Notes under the pieces: generated by a model
Seen by the model: only the letters and a program-made list of their open reading frames with translations
Database searches by the model: none
Told to the model about the DNA's origin: nothing
Position numbers and translations under genes: made by a program
DNA from: an uncultured Rhodoblastus sp.
GTDB taxonomy: Bacteria; Pseudomonadota; Alphaproteobacteria; Rhizobiales; Beijerinckiaceae
DNA: 64,000 bases
Reading direction: 5' to 3'
Assembly: GCA_964634325.1 (NCBI GenBank)
Contig: CAZWJF010000009.1
Coordinates: forward strand, 94,028-158,027
In this document: piece by piece, positions 1 to 8,812 of the stretch
Layout: each line of letters opens with the position of its first letter
Numbering within the stretch: position 1 is the stretch's first letter

Positions 1-65
1 GTGCTGCCGCCAGAGCCTCCGCCCGAAGAACGGCCGCCAGCCAAGGCGCGCGGCAAACGCGCGCG

Positions 66-1292
66 CTAGCTCCGGAACGCGCCCGATGCGATCTTGGCGA
101 CGTCCGGTCGCTGAACGCGCGCGTGGCCGTGCTGCAACAGCGCGAAAGCGAAGCCCGACAGCGCGAGCAGGGTGACCCACCACACTGGCGCGACGCCGAG
201 CCCGAAGGCGCTCATGACATAGGCGGACGTGAGGCCTGAAATCAGGAAGGGCGCGAGCGTCGGCCCGGACCGGCCGGCGCGCCGCACGATCTGCGCCCAC
301 AGGACGGCCGCCGTCGCCACGCCGACGAGCCCGAGTTCGAACCAGGCCTCGAACAGCAGCGAGCGGGGAGTGGCCGGCGGCAGGTAGCCCATCGCGACCC
401 CGAGCCGCGCCGCATCGAAGCCATGGCCGACCAGGGCGTAGAAGCCGTCGTGCACGATATAGGAGCCCCAGACCAGCGCCGGCAGGATCGGGCTGGCCGG
501 GGTCATGCGAACGGCGGCGTAGAGGACAAGCGCGACGACGGGCGCAATCAGGAACAGGGCGGCGCCCGCGATCGCAAGCCATCGCGCGGTCGTCTGCTTG
601 TCGGCCATGGCGGCTGCAAAGACGAGCGCGCCGAGCGCGGTCGCCGCCAGGGCCAGCGGCACCGCGGCGAACAACTCGGCGATCACGACGACCACCGCCA
701 GTCCGATCGCCCATTTCGCCTTGTCGCGCACGATCAGCGCGCCGAGCGCCGGCCAGACGAGCAGGGCGAGGCCGAAGGCGGCGCGCGCCACGAGAGAAAC
801 TTCCGGATCTCCCGATCGCAACGACGGCGATTTCGAGATGGCGACCAGCAGAACGATCGCGATCGCGCCCGCCGCAACGCCGATCGGCAGCAGATAGAGG
901 TTCGACGTACGCGTGCGTTCCGGCAGCAGCGCCGCCGCCGTCGCCGCCAGAATGAAGGTGCTCGCGGATTTGACGAAACGCTCGGACGGACCCGTGCCGA
1001 ACGGGGTCCAGATGAGCGACAGCGCCGCCCAGCAGCCGAGAAAGACGACGAGCAGCCCGGTCGACGAGAAGATCGCCGCGCGCAGCTGACGCGGTCCACG
1101 GCCGCCGGGCTCAAGAAGCCAGGCGACCAGCGTCAGCGCCACGCCGACCGGCGCGAGCACGTAGATCGCGCTCCGCGTGCCGACCGAAGCGATAGGAGTA
1201 ACGATAAGAAGAAGCGCGATCGCCAAACGCGTGATCAGATGCGCGGCTTCCGCAGCCGGATCGTCGAAATGGCGCATGGGTTTCACGGTCAT
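66..1292 (-). CDS. Polytopic inner-membrane protein, O-antigen ligase/polymerase-like (Wzy_C-type)
   Basis: 408-aa ORF with about 10 hydrophobic helices. The C-terminal half has a ligase-like loop and helix (GHGFDAARLG...SLLFEAWFELGLVG). Family call by eye only. Confidence 0.5.
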   Translation of the reverse strand: MTVKPMRHFDDPAAEAAHLITRLAIALLLIVTPIASVGTRSAIYVLAPVGVALTLVAWLLEPGGRGPRQLRAAIFSSTGLLVVFLGCWAALSLIWTPFGTGPSERFVKSASTFILAATAAALLPERTRTSNLYLLPIGVAAGAIAIVLLVAISKSPSLRSGDPEVSLVARAAFGLALLVWPALGALIVRDKAKWAIGLAVVVVIAELFAAVPLALAATALGALVFAAAMADKQTTARWLAIAGAALFLIAPVVALVLYAAVRMTPASPILPALVWGSYIVHDGFYALVGHGFDAARLGVAMGYLPPATPRSLLFEAWFELGLVGVATAAVLWAQIVRRAGRSGPTLAPFLISGLTSAYVMSAFGLGVAPVWWVTLLALSGFAFALLQHGHARVQRPDVAKIASGAFRS

Positions 1293-1416
1293 TGCCCAAA
1301 CCTGTGGCCGCCCTGCTCTCGGACAGGCGCGATGGATCGAAGCCTACATCGGGCGCGGCCCGTCGCCTGTATGCGCGCCGCAACACATCGCGGCGATTTT
1401 CGGGCATGGCTAATGA

Positions 1417-1842
1417 TCAGTCATCGTCGGCTGGCCGTCGCCGAAGGGCCTTTCGGCCCGCCGTTGCGCGCTTGGTCTGAAGGCGCTCGCGTTTTTGAGC
1501 GCGGGGCACAGCGGTCTTGCGGCGTGGCGGAGGCGGCGGCTCAGCCGCCTTGCGCACGAGCGCGCTCAGACGGTCGAATGCGTCGCGGCGGTTGGCGTCC
1601 TGCGTCCGAAACCGCTGCGCCTGGATCACCAAAACGCCATCGCGATTGAGGCGACCGCCGGCCAGTCTTGCGAGACGCTCGCGAATGGCGACGGGCAATG
1701 AACTGTTGGCGGCGAGATCGAAGCGCAGCTCGACCGCGGTCGACAGCTTGTTGACGTTTTGTCCTCCGGGGCCGGCGGCCCGGACGAACCGCAGCGTGAG
1801 ATCTCTCTCGTCGATCCACAGGCCGGGCGCAATTTCGATCAT
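1417..1842 (-). CDS. arfB: Alternative ribosome-rescue factor ArfB (peptidyl-tRNA hydrolase, YaeJ family)
   Basis: 141 aa. GGQ motif in AAGPGGQNVNKLSTAVELRF plus a basic C-terminal tail (RRKTAVPRAQKRERLQTKR). Confidence 0.9.
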   Translation of the reverse strand: MIEIAPGLWIDERDLTLRFVRAAGPGGQNVNKLSTAVELRFDLAANSSLPVAIRERLARLAGGRLNRDGVLVIQAQRFRTQDANRRDAFDRLSALVRKAAEPPPPPRRKTAVPRAQKRERLQTKRATAGRKALRRRPADDD

Positions 1843-2036
1843 CTCCTCGCCTCGAAAAACAGGCGCCCAACTATTAAGCGCTTAGAATCTGCTCGCCTAA
1901 GAAATAGGCGAATACGGCTCACGATTTGAGCGCAGAGCGCGGCGCGGATGCTCGTTTCCGCGTCTGGCGCCAAAAAATCGGCCGTCGATGCCGCATCTTG
2001 GGCGAAATGCCTTTGGATTCCAATGCGCTGAACCAA

Positions 2037-2051
2037 TGGCACGCCGGTTGC
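2037..2051 (+). promoter_or_regulatory. Sigma-54 (-24/-12) promoter upstream of urtA
   Basis: TGGCAC-gccgg-TTGC. GG at 2038-2039 and GC at 2050-2051 give the canonical GG-N10-GC spacing. About 70 nt upstream of the urtA ATG. Confidence 0.6.
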
Positions 2052-2122
2052 AGACGATATCGCGTCCGCAAGGACGACAACCGGACCAGGCGAACGGTCC
2101 TGCACCATGATGGGGAACGCGT

Positions 2123-3415
2123 ATGTCCTTTACACGGCGATTTGTGATGCGCGCCGCGGGCTTGGCCGTCAGTGGGGCGATCGCCCTCTCGGCGGTCGGC
2201 GCCAAAGCGGCTGACGATACGATCAAGGTCGGCATCCTCCATTCGCTCTCGGGCACGATGGCCATCAGCGAGACGACGCTGAAGGACGTGATGCTCATGC
2301 TGATCGAAGAGCAGAACAAGAAGGGCGGCCTGCTCGGCAAGAAACTCGAGGCGGTCGTCGTCGATCCCGCCTCCAACTGGCCGCTGTTCGCCGAAAAGGC
2401 GCGCGAGCTGATCGCCAAGGACAAGGTGGCGGCGGTGTTCGGCTGCTGGACGTCGGTGTCGCGCAAGTCGGTGCTGCCGGTCTTCAAGGAGCTCAACAAC
2501 ATCCTGTTCTATCCCGTCCAGTATGAGGGCGAGGAAAGCGAGCGCAACGTCTTCTACACCGGCGCAGCCCCGAACCAGCAAGCCATTCCCGCCGTCGACT
2601 ACCTGATGAAGGAAGAGAAGGTGAAGCGTTGGGTGCTCGCGGGCACCGACTACGTCTATCCGCGCACGACCAACAAGATCCTCGAGGCCTATCTGAAGGC
2701 CAAGGGCGTCGCGCCCGAGGACATCATGATCAACTACACGCCGTTCGGCCATTCCGACTGGCAGACGATCGTCGCCGAAATCAAGAAGTTCGGCTCGGCC
2801 GGCAAGAAGACGGCCGTCGTGTCGACCATCAACGGCGACGCGAACGTTCCCTTCTACAAGGAGCTCGGCAACCAGGGCATCAAGGCCAAGGACATTCCCG
2901 TCGTCGCCTTCTCGGTCGGCGAGGAGGAACTCGCCGGCATCGACACCAAGCCGCTCGTCGGCCATCTGGCGGCGTGGAACTACTTCATGTCGGTCGACAC
3001 TCCGGCCAACAAGGAGTTCATCAAGAAGTGGCAGGCCTTCACCAAGAATCCGAAGCGCGTGACCAACGATCCGATGGAAGCGCATGTCATCGGCTTCAAC
3101 ATGTGGGTGCAGGCGGTTGAAAAGGCCAAGACCACCGATCCGGACAAGGTCATCGACGCCATTGTCGGCGTAAAGGCGCCGAACCTGACGGGCGGCGTGT
3201 CCGAAATGCTGCCGAACCACCACATCACCAAGCCCGTGCTGATCGGCGAGATCAAGGCGGACGGCCAGTTCGACGTGGTGTGGAAGACCGACAAGCTGGT
3301 GCCGGGCGACGCATGGTCCAAGTATCTCGAAGGGTCGAAAGACCTGATCGGGGACTGGAAAGACAAGAAGTGCGGCAACTGGAACACCAAGACCAACAAG
3401 TGCGGCGGCGCCTGA
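2123..3415 (+). CDS. urtA: Urea ABC transporter substrate-binding protein UrtA
   Basis: 430 aa. Signal peptide, then TIKVGILHSLSGTMAISE...AVFGCWTSVSRKSVLPVFKE...FYPVQYEGEE (UrtA-type LivK fold). First gene of a urtABCDE-ordered operon next to urease genes. Confidence 0.93.
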   Translation: MSFTRRFVMRAAGLAVSGAIALSAVGAKAADDTIKVGILHSLSGTMAISETTLKDVMLMLIEEQNKKGGLLGKKLEAVVVDPASNWPLFAEKARELIAKDKVAAVFGCWTSVSRKSVLPVFKELNNILFYPVQYEGEESERNVFYTGAAPNQQAIPAVDYLMKEEKVKRWVLAGTDYVYPRTTNKILEAYLKAKGVAPEDIMINYTPFGHSDWQTIVAEIKKFGSAGKKTAVVSTINGDANVPFYKELGNQGIKAKDIPVVAFSVGEEELAGIDTKPLVGHLAAWNYFMSVDTPANKEFIKKWQAFTKNPKRVTNDPMEAHVIGFNMWVQAVEKAKTTDPDKVIDAIVGVKAPNLTGGVSEMLPNHHITKPVLIGEIKADGQFDVVWKTDKLVPGDAWSKYLEGSKDLIGDWKDKKCGNWNTKTNKCGGA

Positions 3416-3593
3416 TCGCGTCGCATGCGGCAGGGGCGACAAGCGCCCCTGCCGTCTTTCCAGGCGCGATCGGCTGATTGCGCGGCCGGCGCATTGCTGG
3501 CGCAAGTCCAAACGAACCCAACGACGTCCTGCCGTCGCGACCCTCGGTCGCGCACGCGAACTGGACGCCGCCGCCCCGAATTCGAGTGTCGAC

Positions 3594-5198
3594 ATGCGGA
3601 AGTTGATTGCGCGCATCAGTCTCGTCTTCGCGCTGCTTGGGGGCCTGATCCCGGCGCACGCCGCAGGCGCGGACCTTGGAGCCGCGCTCGGCGGTTTCGC
3701 CGCCGACAGCTTTTCAGCGACAGGCGATGCGATCGAAGCGGTCGCGCAGAGCGGAGCGGATCGCGCGCCGACGATCATCGAGGCGCTGCAGGACGAACGC
3801 CTGCTCTACTCGCCGACCACAAAACAGATCATTGTCAAATCCAAATCGGGCGGGCTCGAGGATGCGGCGTCCGGCGCGGCTGTCGCGGCTGCGCCCGACG
3901 ATCTGAAGGCGGTGCGGTTGAACAATCGGCTGCGCCGCGCCGTCGATGCCGCTGTCGGCGCATTGACGCTGATGTCGAGCAATCCCGCCCGCCGCCGGGA
4001 AGCGGCCGGCGCCGTCTTCAAGTCGCGCGACGAAGCCACGCTGCCGACCCTCCAGAAGGCCATCGCCAAAGAGACGGATGACACGATCAGGACCGCGCTC
4101 GAACAGGCGCGGGCTTCCGTTCTTCTCGCCAAGGACGACGCCACCGACGCGCAGAAGATCGACGCGATTTCGACATTGCGCGCGCGCGGCGACCAGGAGG
4201 CTCTGGCGCTTCTGACAGGCGCGGCGTCGGGCCCTGAAACCATCGTCAAACAGGCCGCGCAGGCGGCCGTCGCCGCCATCCAGTCGCGTCTCGCGCTGTG
4301 GCAGAACATCCAGAACGTCTGGTACGGCCTGTCGCTCGGCTCGGTCCTGCTGCTCGCCGCCATCGGCCTCGCCATCACCTTCGGCGTGATGGGCGTCATC
4401 AACATGGCGCATGGCGAAATGGTCATGCTCGGCGCCTACACGACATTCGTCGTTCAGGAATATCTGCGCACGCACAATCCAGGACTGTTCGACTATTCGC
4501 TGTTCATCGCCATTCCGCTCGCTTTTCTGTTCACCGGCGCGGTCGGCGTCGCCATCGAACGGACCATCATCCGCTTCCTCTACGGCCGTCCGCTCGAAAC
4601 GCTGCTGGCGACCTTCGGCGTGTCCTTGATCCTTCAGCAGGCGGTGCGAACGATCTTCGGCGCAAACAACCGCGAGGTCGGCGCGCCCGGGTTCATGTCC
4701 GGGGCGTTCAAGTTCGCCGGTCTTGAAATCACCTACGGTCGTATGTGGATCATCGTCTTCGCGCTGATCGTTTTCGCCGCGCTGCAACTGCTTCTGCGCT
4801 TCACCTCGTTCGGCCTGCGGATGCGCGCCGTCACGCAAAACCGTCGCATGGCCTCGTCCATGGGCATCGACACCAATCGCATCGACGCGCTCGCCTTCGG
4901 TCTCGGGTCGGGCATCGCCGGCATGGCGGGCGTCGCGCTGTCGCAGATCGACAACGTCTCGCCCAATCTCGGCCAGAGCTACATCATCGACAGCTTCATG
5001 GTCGTGGTGTTCGGCGGCGTCGGCAACCTCTGGGGCACGCTGCTCGGCGCGGCCACGCTCGGCGTCGCCAACAAGTTCCTGGAGCCCTTCGCGGGCGCCG
5101 TGCTCGGCAAGATCGCGTTGCTCGTCTTCATCATCCTGTTCATCCAGAAGCGTCCGCGCGGCTTGTTCGCGCTGAAGGGCCGGGCGGTGGAGGCCTGA
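3594..5198 (+). CDS. urtB: Urea ABC transporter permease UrtB, with a long N-terminal secreted extension
   Basis: 534 aa. The C-terminal ~300 aa is a LivH-type permease core (GVINMAHGEMVMLGAYTTF...). The N-terminus has a signal-like MRKLIARISLVFALLGGLIPAHAAG. Confidence 0.9.
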   Translation: MRKLIARISLVFALLGGLIPAHAAGADLGAALGGFAADSFSATGDAIEAVAQSGADRAPTIIEALQDERLLYSPTTKQIIVKSKSGGLEDAASGAAVAAAPDDLKAVRLNNRLRRAVDAAVGALTLMSSNPARRREAAGAVFKSRDEATLPTLQKAIAKETDDTIRTALEQARASVLLAKDDATDAQKIDAISTLRARGDQEALALLTGAASGPETIVKQAAQAAVAAIQSRLALWQNIQNVWYGLSLGSVLLLAAIGLAITFGVMGVINMAHGEMVMLGAYTTFVVQEYLRTHNPGLFDYSLFIAIPLAFLFTGAVGVAIERTIIRFLYGRPLETLLATFGVSLILQQAVRTIFGANNREVGAPGFMSGAFKFAGLEITYGRMWIIVFALIVFAALQLLLRFTSFGLRMRAVTQNRRMASSMGIDTNRIDALAFGLGSGIAGMAGVALSQIDNVSPNLGQSYIIDSFMVVVFGGVGNLWGTLLGAATLGVANKFLEPFAGAVLGKIALLVFIILFIQKRPRGLFALKGRAVEA

Positions 5199-5199
5199 C

Positions 5200-6351
5200 A
5201 TGCTGACGTCCCGCCTTCTCGCGCTGCTCGATCGTCGATCTCTCGTCGCGGTCGCGCTTCTCGCCGCCGCCGCGATCCTCGTGCCGGTTCTTCTCCTGAT
5301 GACGCCGCAGAGCTTTCCGTTGCACATGCCGCCGTATGTCGTGGCGTTGCTCGGAAAATATCTGTGTTACGCGATCCTCGCCGTCGCGCTCGATCTGGTG
5401 TGGGGCTATTGCGGCATTCTCTCGCTCGGCCACGGCGCATTTTTCGCCCTCGGCGGCTACGCCATGGGCATGTATCTCATGCGCCAGATCGGAGCGCGCG
5501 GCGTCTACGCCGACCCGATCCTGCCGGACTTCATGGTCTTCCTCAACTGGAAGGAATTGCCCGTCACCTGGTGGGGGTTCAATTTCTTCCCGTACGCCAT
5601 GTTGATGGTGCTGATCGTGCCGGGCGTTCTAGCCTTCGCCTTCGGCTGGCTGGCCTTTCGTTCGCGCGTGACCGGCGTCTACCTCTCGATCATCACGCAA
5701 GCGATGACCTACGCCCTTCTGCTCGCCTTCTTCCGCAACGATATGGGTTTCGGCGGCAACAACGGCCTCACCGACTTCAAGGACATCCTCGGGTTCAACG
5801 TGCAGTCGGACGCGACCCGCGCCGGCTTGTTCTCGATCACGGCCATCGCCCTCATCGCCTCGATCCTGATCGGTCGCTATCTCGTGACCTCGAAGTTCGG
5901 CAAGGTGCTGATCGCCATTCGCGACGCTGAATCGCGGGCGCGCTTCCTCGGATACCGCGTCGAGAACTACAAGCTCGCCGTCTTCACGCTATCGGCCATG
6001 ATGGCGGGGCTCGCCGGCGCGCTCTACGTGCCGCAGGTCGGCATCATCAATCCTTCGGAATTCTCGCCCGCGCAGTCGATCGAGGCGGTCATCTGGGTCG
6101 CGGTCGGCGGGCGCGGCACGCTGGTCGGCGCGGCGCTCGGCGCGTTGCTCGTCAACTTCGGAAAGACCTACTTCACAGGGGCGCTGCCGGAATACTGGCT
6201 GTTTGCGCTCGGCCTGCTGTTCGTTCTCGTTACGCTCTTCCTTCCGAAGGGCGTCCTGGGCCTGCTCGACAGCCTGCGGAGCAAGAAGGCCGCAGCGTCC
6301 GAAAACGGGGGCTTTCCCGAAGAAACGAAAGCGCCGACTGCGGCGAGCTGA
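5200..6351 (+). CDS. urtC: Urea ABC transporter permease UrtC
   Basis: 383 aa LivM-type permease (LDLVWGYCGILSLGHGAFFALGGY). Starts 1 nt after the urtB stop. Confidence 0.9.
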   Translation: MLTSRLLALLDRRSLVAVALLAAAAILVPVLLLMTPQSFPLHMPPYVVALLGKYLCYAILAVALDLVWGYCGILSLGHGAFFALGGYAMGMYLMRQIGARGVYADPILPDFMVFLNWKELPVTWWGFNFFPYAMLMVLIVPGVLAFAFGWLAFRSRVTGVYLSIITQAMTYALLLAFFRNDMGFGGNNGLTDFKDILGFNVQSDATRAGLFSITAIALIASILIGRYLVTSKFGKVLIAIRDAESRARFLGYRVENYKLAVFTLSAMMAGLAGALYVPQVGIINPSEFSPAQSIEAVIWVAVGGRGTLVGAALGALLVNFGKTYFTGALPEYWLFALGLLFVLVTLFLPKGVLGLLDSLRSKKAAASENGGFPEETKAPTAAS

Positions 6352-6368
6352 GCGAGGACGAGCCAATC

Positions 6369-7124
6369 ATGGACGAAGCGATCCTGACCTCTTCGCTGCT
6401 GTATCTGGACGGCGTCGCGGTTTCCTTTGACGGCTACAAGGCGCTGCGCGGCCTCTCGCTTACGCTCGCGCCCGGCGAGATGCGCGCCATCATCGGTCCG
6501 AACGGCGCCGGCAAGACCACGATGATGGACGTCATCACCGGCAAGACGCGGCCCGACGAAGGCGTCGTCTATTTCGGCGGATCGCACGATCTGACCCAAC
6601 TCGACGAGGCCTCGATCGCCGATCTCGGCATCGGCCGAAAATTCCAGAAGCCGACCGTATTCGAAAGCCAGTCCGTAGAGGACAACATCCTGCTGGCGCT
6701 CAAGGCGCCGCGCACCGCGCGCGCCACCCTGTTTGGCAAGCCAGCGCCAGAGACCGCCGAGCGTATCGACAGGATTCTCGAGACGACCAAGCTGACGGAC
6801 CATCGCGCGCGCATGGCGGCCGATCTGTCGCATGGCCAGAAGCAATGGCTGGAGATCGGCATGCTTCTGGCGCAGGACCCCAAACTGCTCCTGGTCGACG
6901 AACCTGTGGCTGGCATGACCGACGCGGAGACGATGCAAACGGCCGAACTCTTGCGCGAGATCGCCAGGGATCATTCCGTCGTCGTGGTCGAGCACGACAT
7001 GGATTTCGTGCGCGAACTCGGCGTGAAGGTGACGGTTCTGCACGAGGGCGCGGTCCTCGCCGAAGGCCCGTTGGATCAGGTTTCGGCCGATCCGCAGGTC
7101 GTCGAAGTCTATCTGGGACGCTGA
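6369..7124 (+). CDS. urtD: Urea ABC transporter ATP-binding protein UrtD
   Basis: 251 aa. Walker A GPNGAGKTT, signature LSHGQKQWLEIG, Walker B LLLVDEP. Confidence 0.9.
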   Translation: MDEAILTSSLLYLDGVAVSFDGYKALRGLSLTLAPGEMRAIIGPNGAGKTTMMDVITGKTRPDEGVVYFGGSHDLTQLDEASIADLGIGRKFQKPTVFESQSVEDNILLALKAPRTARATLFGKPAPETAERIDRILETTKLTDHRARMAADLSHGQKQWLEIGMLLAQDPKLLLVDEPVAGMTDAETMQTAELLREIARDHSVVVVEHDMDFVRELGVKVTVLHEGAVLAEGPLDQVSADPQVVEVYLGR

Positions 7125-7125
7125 C

Positions 7126-7821
7126 ATGCTGAACGTCGAAGCGATCGACCTCTATTACGGCGCGGCGCAGGCGTTGCGCGGCGTGTCGCTCAAGGCCGCC
7201 GTCGGCAAGGTCACCTGCGTGCTGGGCCGCAACGGCGTCGGCAAGTCCTCGCTGTTGCGCGCCATCGTCGGACATCAGCCGATCAGGGCTGGCGCGATCA
7301 AATGGGACGACGAAGACATTTCCAAGCTCGCGCCGCATATGCGGGCGCGCAAAGGCGTCGCCTATGTGCCGCAGGGTCGCGAAATTTTCCCATTGCTGAC
7401 GGTGAAGGAAAATCTCGAAACCGGCTATGCGGCGGCCCCGAAGGGCGAGCGTTTCACGCCTGACGAAGTGTTCGATCTCTTCCCGGTGCTCGCCACCATG
7501 ATGGGACGGCGCGGCGGCGATCTGTCTGGCGGCCAGCAGCAGCAGCTCGCCATCGGCCGCGCTCTCGTCGCGCGTCCGAAACTGCTCGTGCTGGACGAAC
7601 CGACCGAAGGCATCCAGCCCTCGATCATCAAGGACATCGGGCGCGCCATCCAGTACCTGCGCAACAAGGGCGACATGGCGATCGTGCTGGTGGAGCAATA
7701 TTTCGACTTCGCCAAGGAGCTCGCCGACGATTTCATCGTCATGGACCGCGGGCAGGTGGTCATGGCCGGCGACCGCGCCTCGATGAACGAGACGGACGTG
7801 CGCCAGAGGATTTCGGTGTAG
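7126..7821 (+). CDS. urtE: Urea ABC transporter ATP-binding protein UrtE
   Basis: 231 aa. Walker A GRNGVGKSS, LSGGQQQQLAIGRAL, LLVLDEP. Starts 1 nt after the urtD stop. Confidence 0.9.
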   Translation: MLNVEAIDLYYGAAQALRGVSLKAAVGKVTCVLGRNGVGKSSLLRAIVGHQPIRAGAIKWDDEDISKLAPHMRARKGVAYVPQGREIFPLLTVKENLETGYAAAPKGERFTPDEVFDLFPVLATMMGRRGGDLSGGQQQQLAIGRALVARPKLLVLDEPTEGIQPSIIKDIGRAIQYLRNKGDMAIVLVEQYFDFAKELADDFIVMDRGQVVMAGDRASMNETDVRQRISV

Positions 7822-7862
7822 GGTTCGTCACGAATGAACGCCGCACCCTCTCCCGTGGCCAC

Positions 7863-7884
7863 GAAGTCGGCTGTCGCCGACTTT
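7863..7884. repeat. Hairpin repeat family A, copy 1 (GAAGTCGGC-TGTC-GCCGACTT)
   Basis: 9-bp perfect stem, 4-nt loop, followed by TTTGTTT. Lies 42 nt after the urtE stop. Identical core at 11199-11220. Confidence 0.85.
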
Positions 7885-7930
7885 GTTTGATACGGGGGGC
7901 GGGCAAGGGAGAGAGCAAAGCCGCTCGTTG

Positions 7931-8791
7931 ATGCTGGACGCAAGGCCCCCTCTTCAACTCTCCCCTGCTTCGCGGGAGAGAGGGGCGCAAACATCGCCGA
8001 CGCCCCCCCGCGCCAGAGGCGAAATCCGCGCCGACTTCGCCGCGCACGGCGATCGCACCCGCATCGGCCGGCTGTACGAGACCGGCGGCCTGCGCCTGCG
8101 TTTTCCGAAGGCGCGCGAAGTCTGCGAAGGCGTGATCGTCAATACGGCGGGCGGCGTCGTCGGCGGCGATCGCGCGCAATTGTCATTCAACGCCGCAGCC
8201 GGATCGCGCGTGGTTCTCACCACGCAATCGGCGGAAAAGATCTACCGGACCGACGGCCCGCCTGCCCGTATCGAGACATCGTTGACCCTGGAGGAGGGCG
8301 CGAGCCTCGACTGGCTTCCGCAGGAGACGATCCTGTTCGACCACGCCACGCTTGTTCGCGCGCTCGATGTCGACATGGCTCCCGACGCCCGGCTCGTCGC
8401 CTGTGAAAGCGTCGTCTTCGGCCGCCTCGCGATGGGGGAATTGTGTGCGTCGGGCGGTTTTCGGGATCGCTGGCGCGTGCGGCGCGGCGGCGAACTCATT
8501 TTCGCTGAAGACACGCGACTGGATAACCCCGCCGCGCTGCTCGATCGCCCCGCGATCGGCGCCGGCGCGCGCGCGCTGGCGACGCTCCTCTTCGTCGCGC
8601 CCGACGCCCCCGCGCGGCTCGACGATTGCCGCGCCGCTCTCGCCGACGCCGGCTGCGAGTCCGGCGTTAGCGCGCTCGACGGTTTCCTCGTCGCGCGGCT
8701 CCTTTCGCCCTCGCCAGAAAATTTGCGCGCCGCTATTGTGGCGCTGTTTTCCCGTCTCCTCGGCCGCGCGACGCCGCGGGTCTGGCAGTGA
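7931..8791 (+). CDS. ureD: Urease accessory protein UreD
   Basis: Core GEIRADFAAHGDRTRIGRLYETGGLRLRFP...VIVNTAGGVVGGD...LDWLPQETILF is UreD-like. Start is uncertain: ATG 7931 is the nearest canonical in-frame start (the TTG at 7928 and the ORF start at 7883 lie further upstream), and it places repeat B inside the N-terminus. Confidence 0.8.
   Translation: MLDARPPLQLSPASRERGAQTSPTPPRARGEIRADFAAHGDRTRIGRLYETGGLRLRFPKAREVCEGVIVNTAGGVVGGDRAQLSFNAAAGSRVVLTTQSAEKIYRTDGPPARIETSLTLEEGASLDWLPQETILFDHATLVRALDVDMAPDARLVACESVVFGRLAMGELCASGGFRDRWRVRRGGELIFAEDTRLDNPAALLDRPAIGAGARALATLLFVAPDAPARLDDCRAALADAGCESGVSALDGFLVARLLSPSPENLRAAIVALFSRLLGRATPRVWQ
7958..7985. repeat. Palindromic repeat family B, copy 1 (CTCTCCCC..GC..GGGGAGAG type)
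   Basis: ctctcccctgcttcgcgggagagagggg. Related palindromes at 13539-13566 and 32850-32869. Confidence 0.8.
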
Positions 8792-8812
8792 GGCCAAAAC
8801 GCGGAGGATAAG

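Noticed and set aside
423-1649. 408-aa plus-strand ORF antisense to the membrane-protein gene, together with many similar long ORFs: 1919-3778(-), 3714-5327(-), 6168-7127(-), 9405-10700(-), 10755-11909(-), 15394-16641(-), 16704-18008(-), 22831-24804(-), 29813-31270(-), 31183-32766(-), 36800-38962(-), 38215-39819(+), 47193-48707(+), 50749-52026(+), 54352-55932(-), 60065-61450(+), 61882-63096(+).
   Set aside because: They are extremely Arg/Ala/Gly/Pro/Asp-rich with no recognisable motifs. Each lies exactly opposite, or out of frame with, a gene that has strong family signatures. These are typical stop-codon-poor shadow frames of high-GC DNA.
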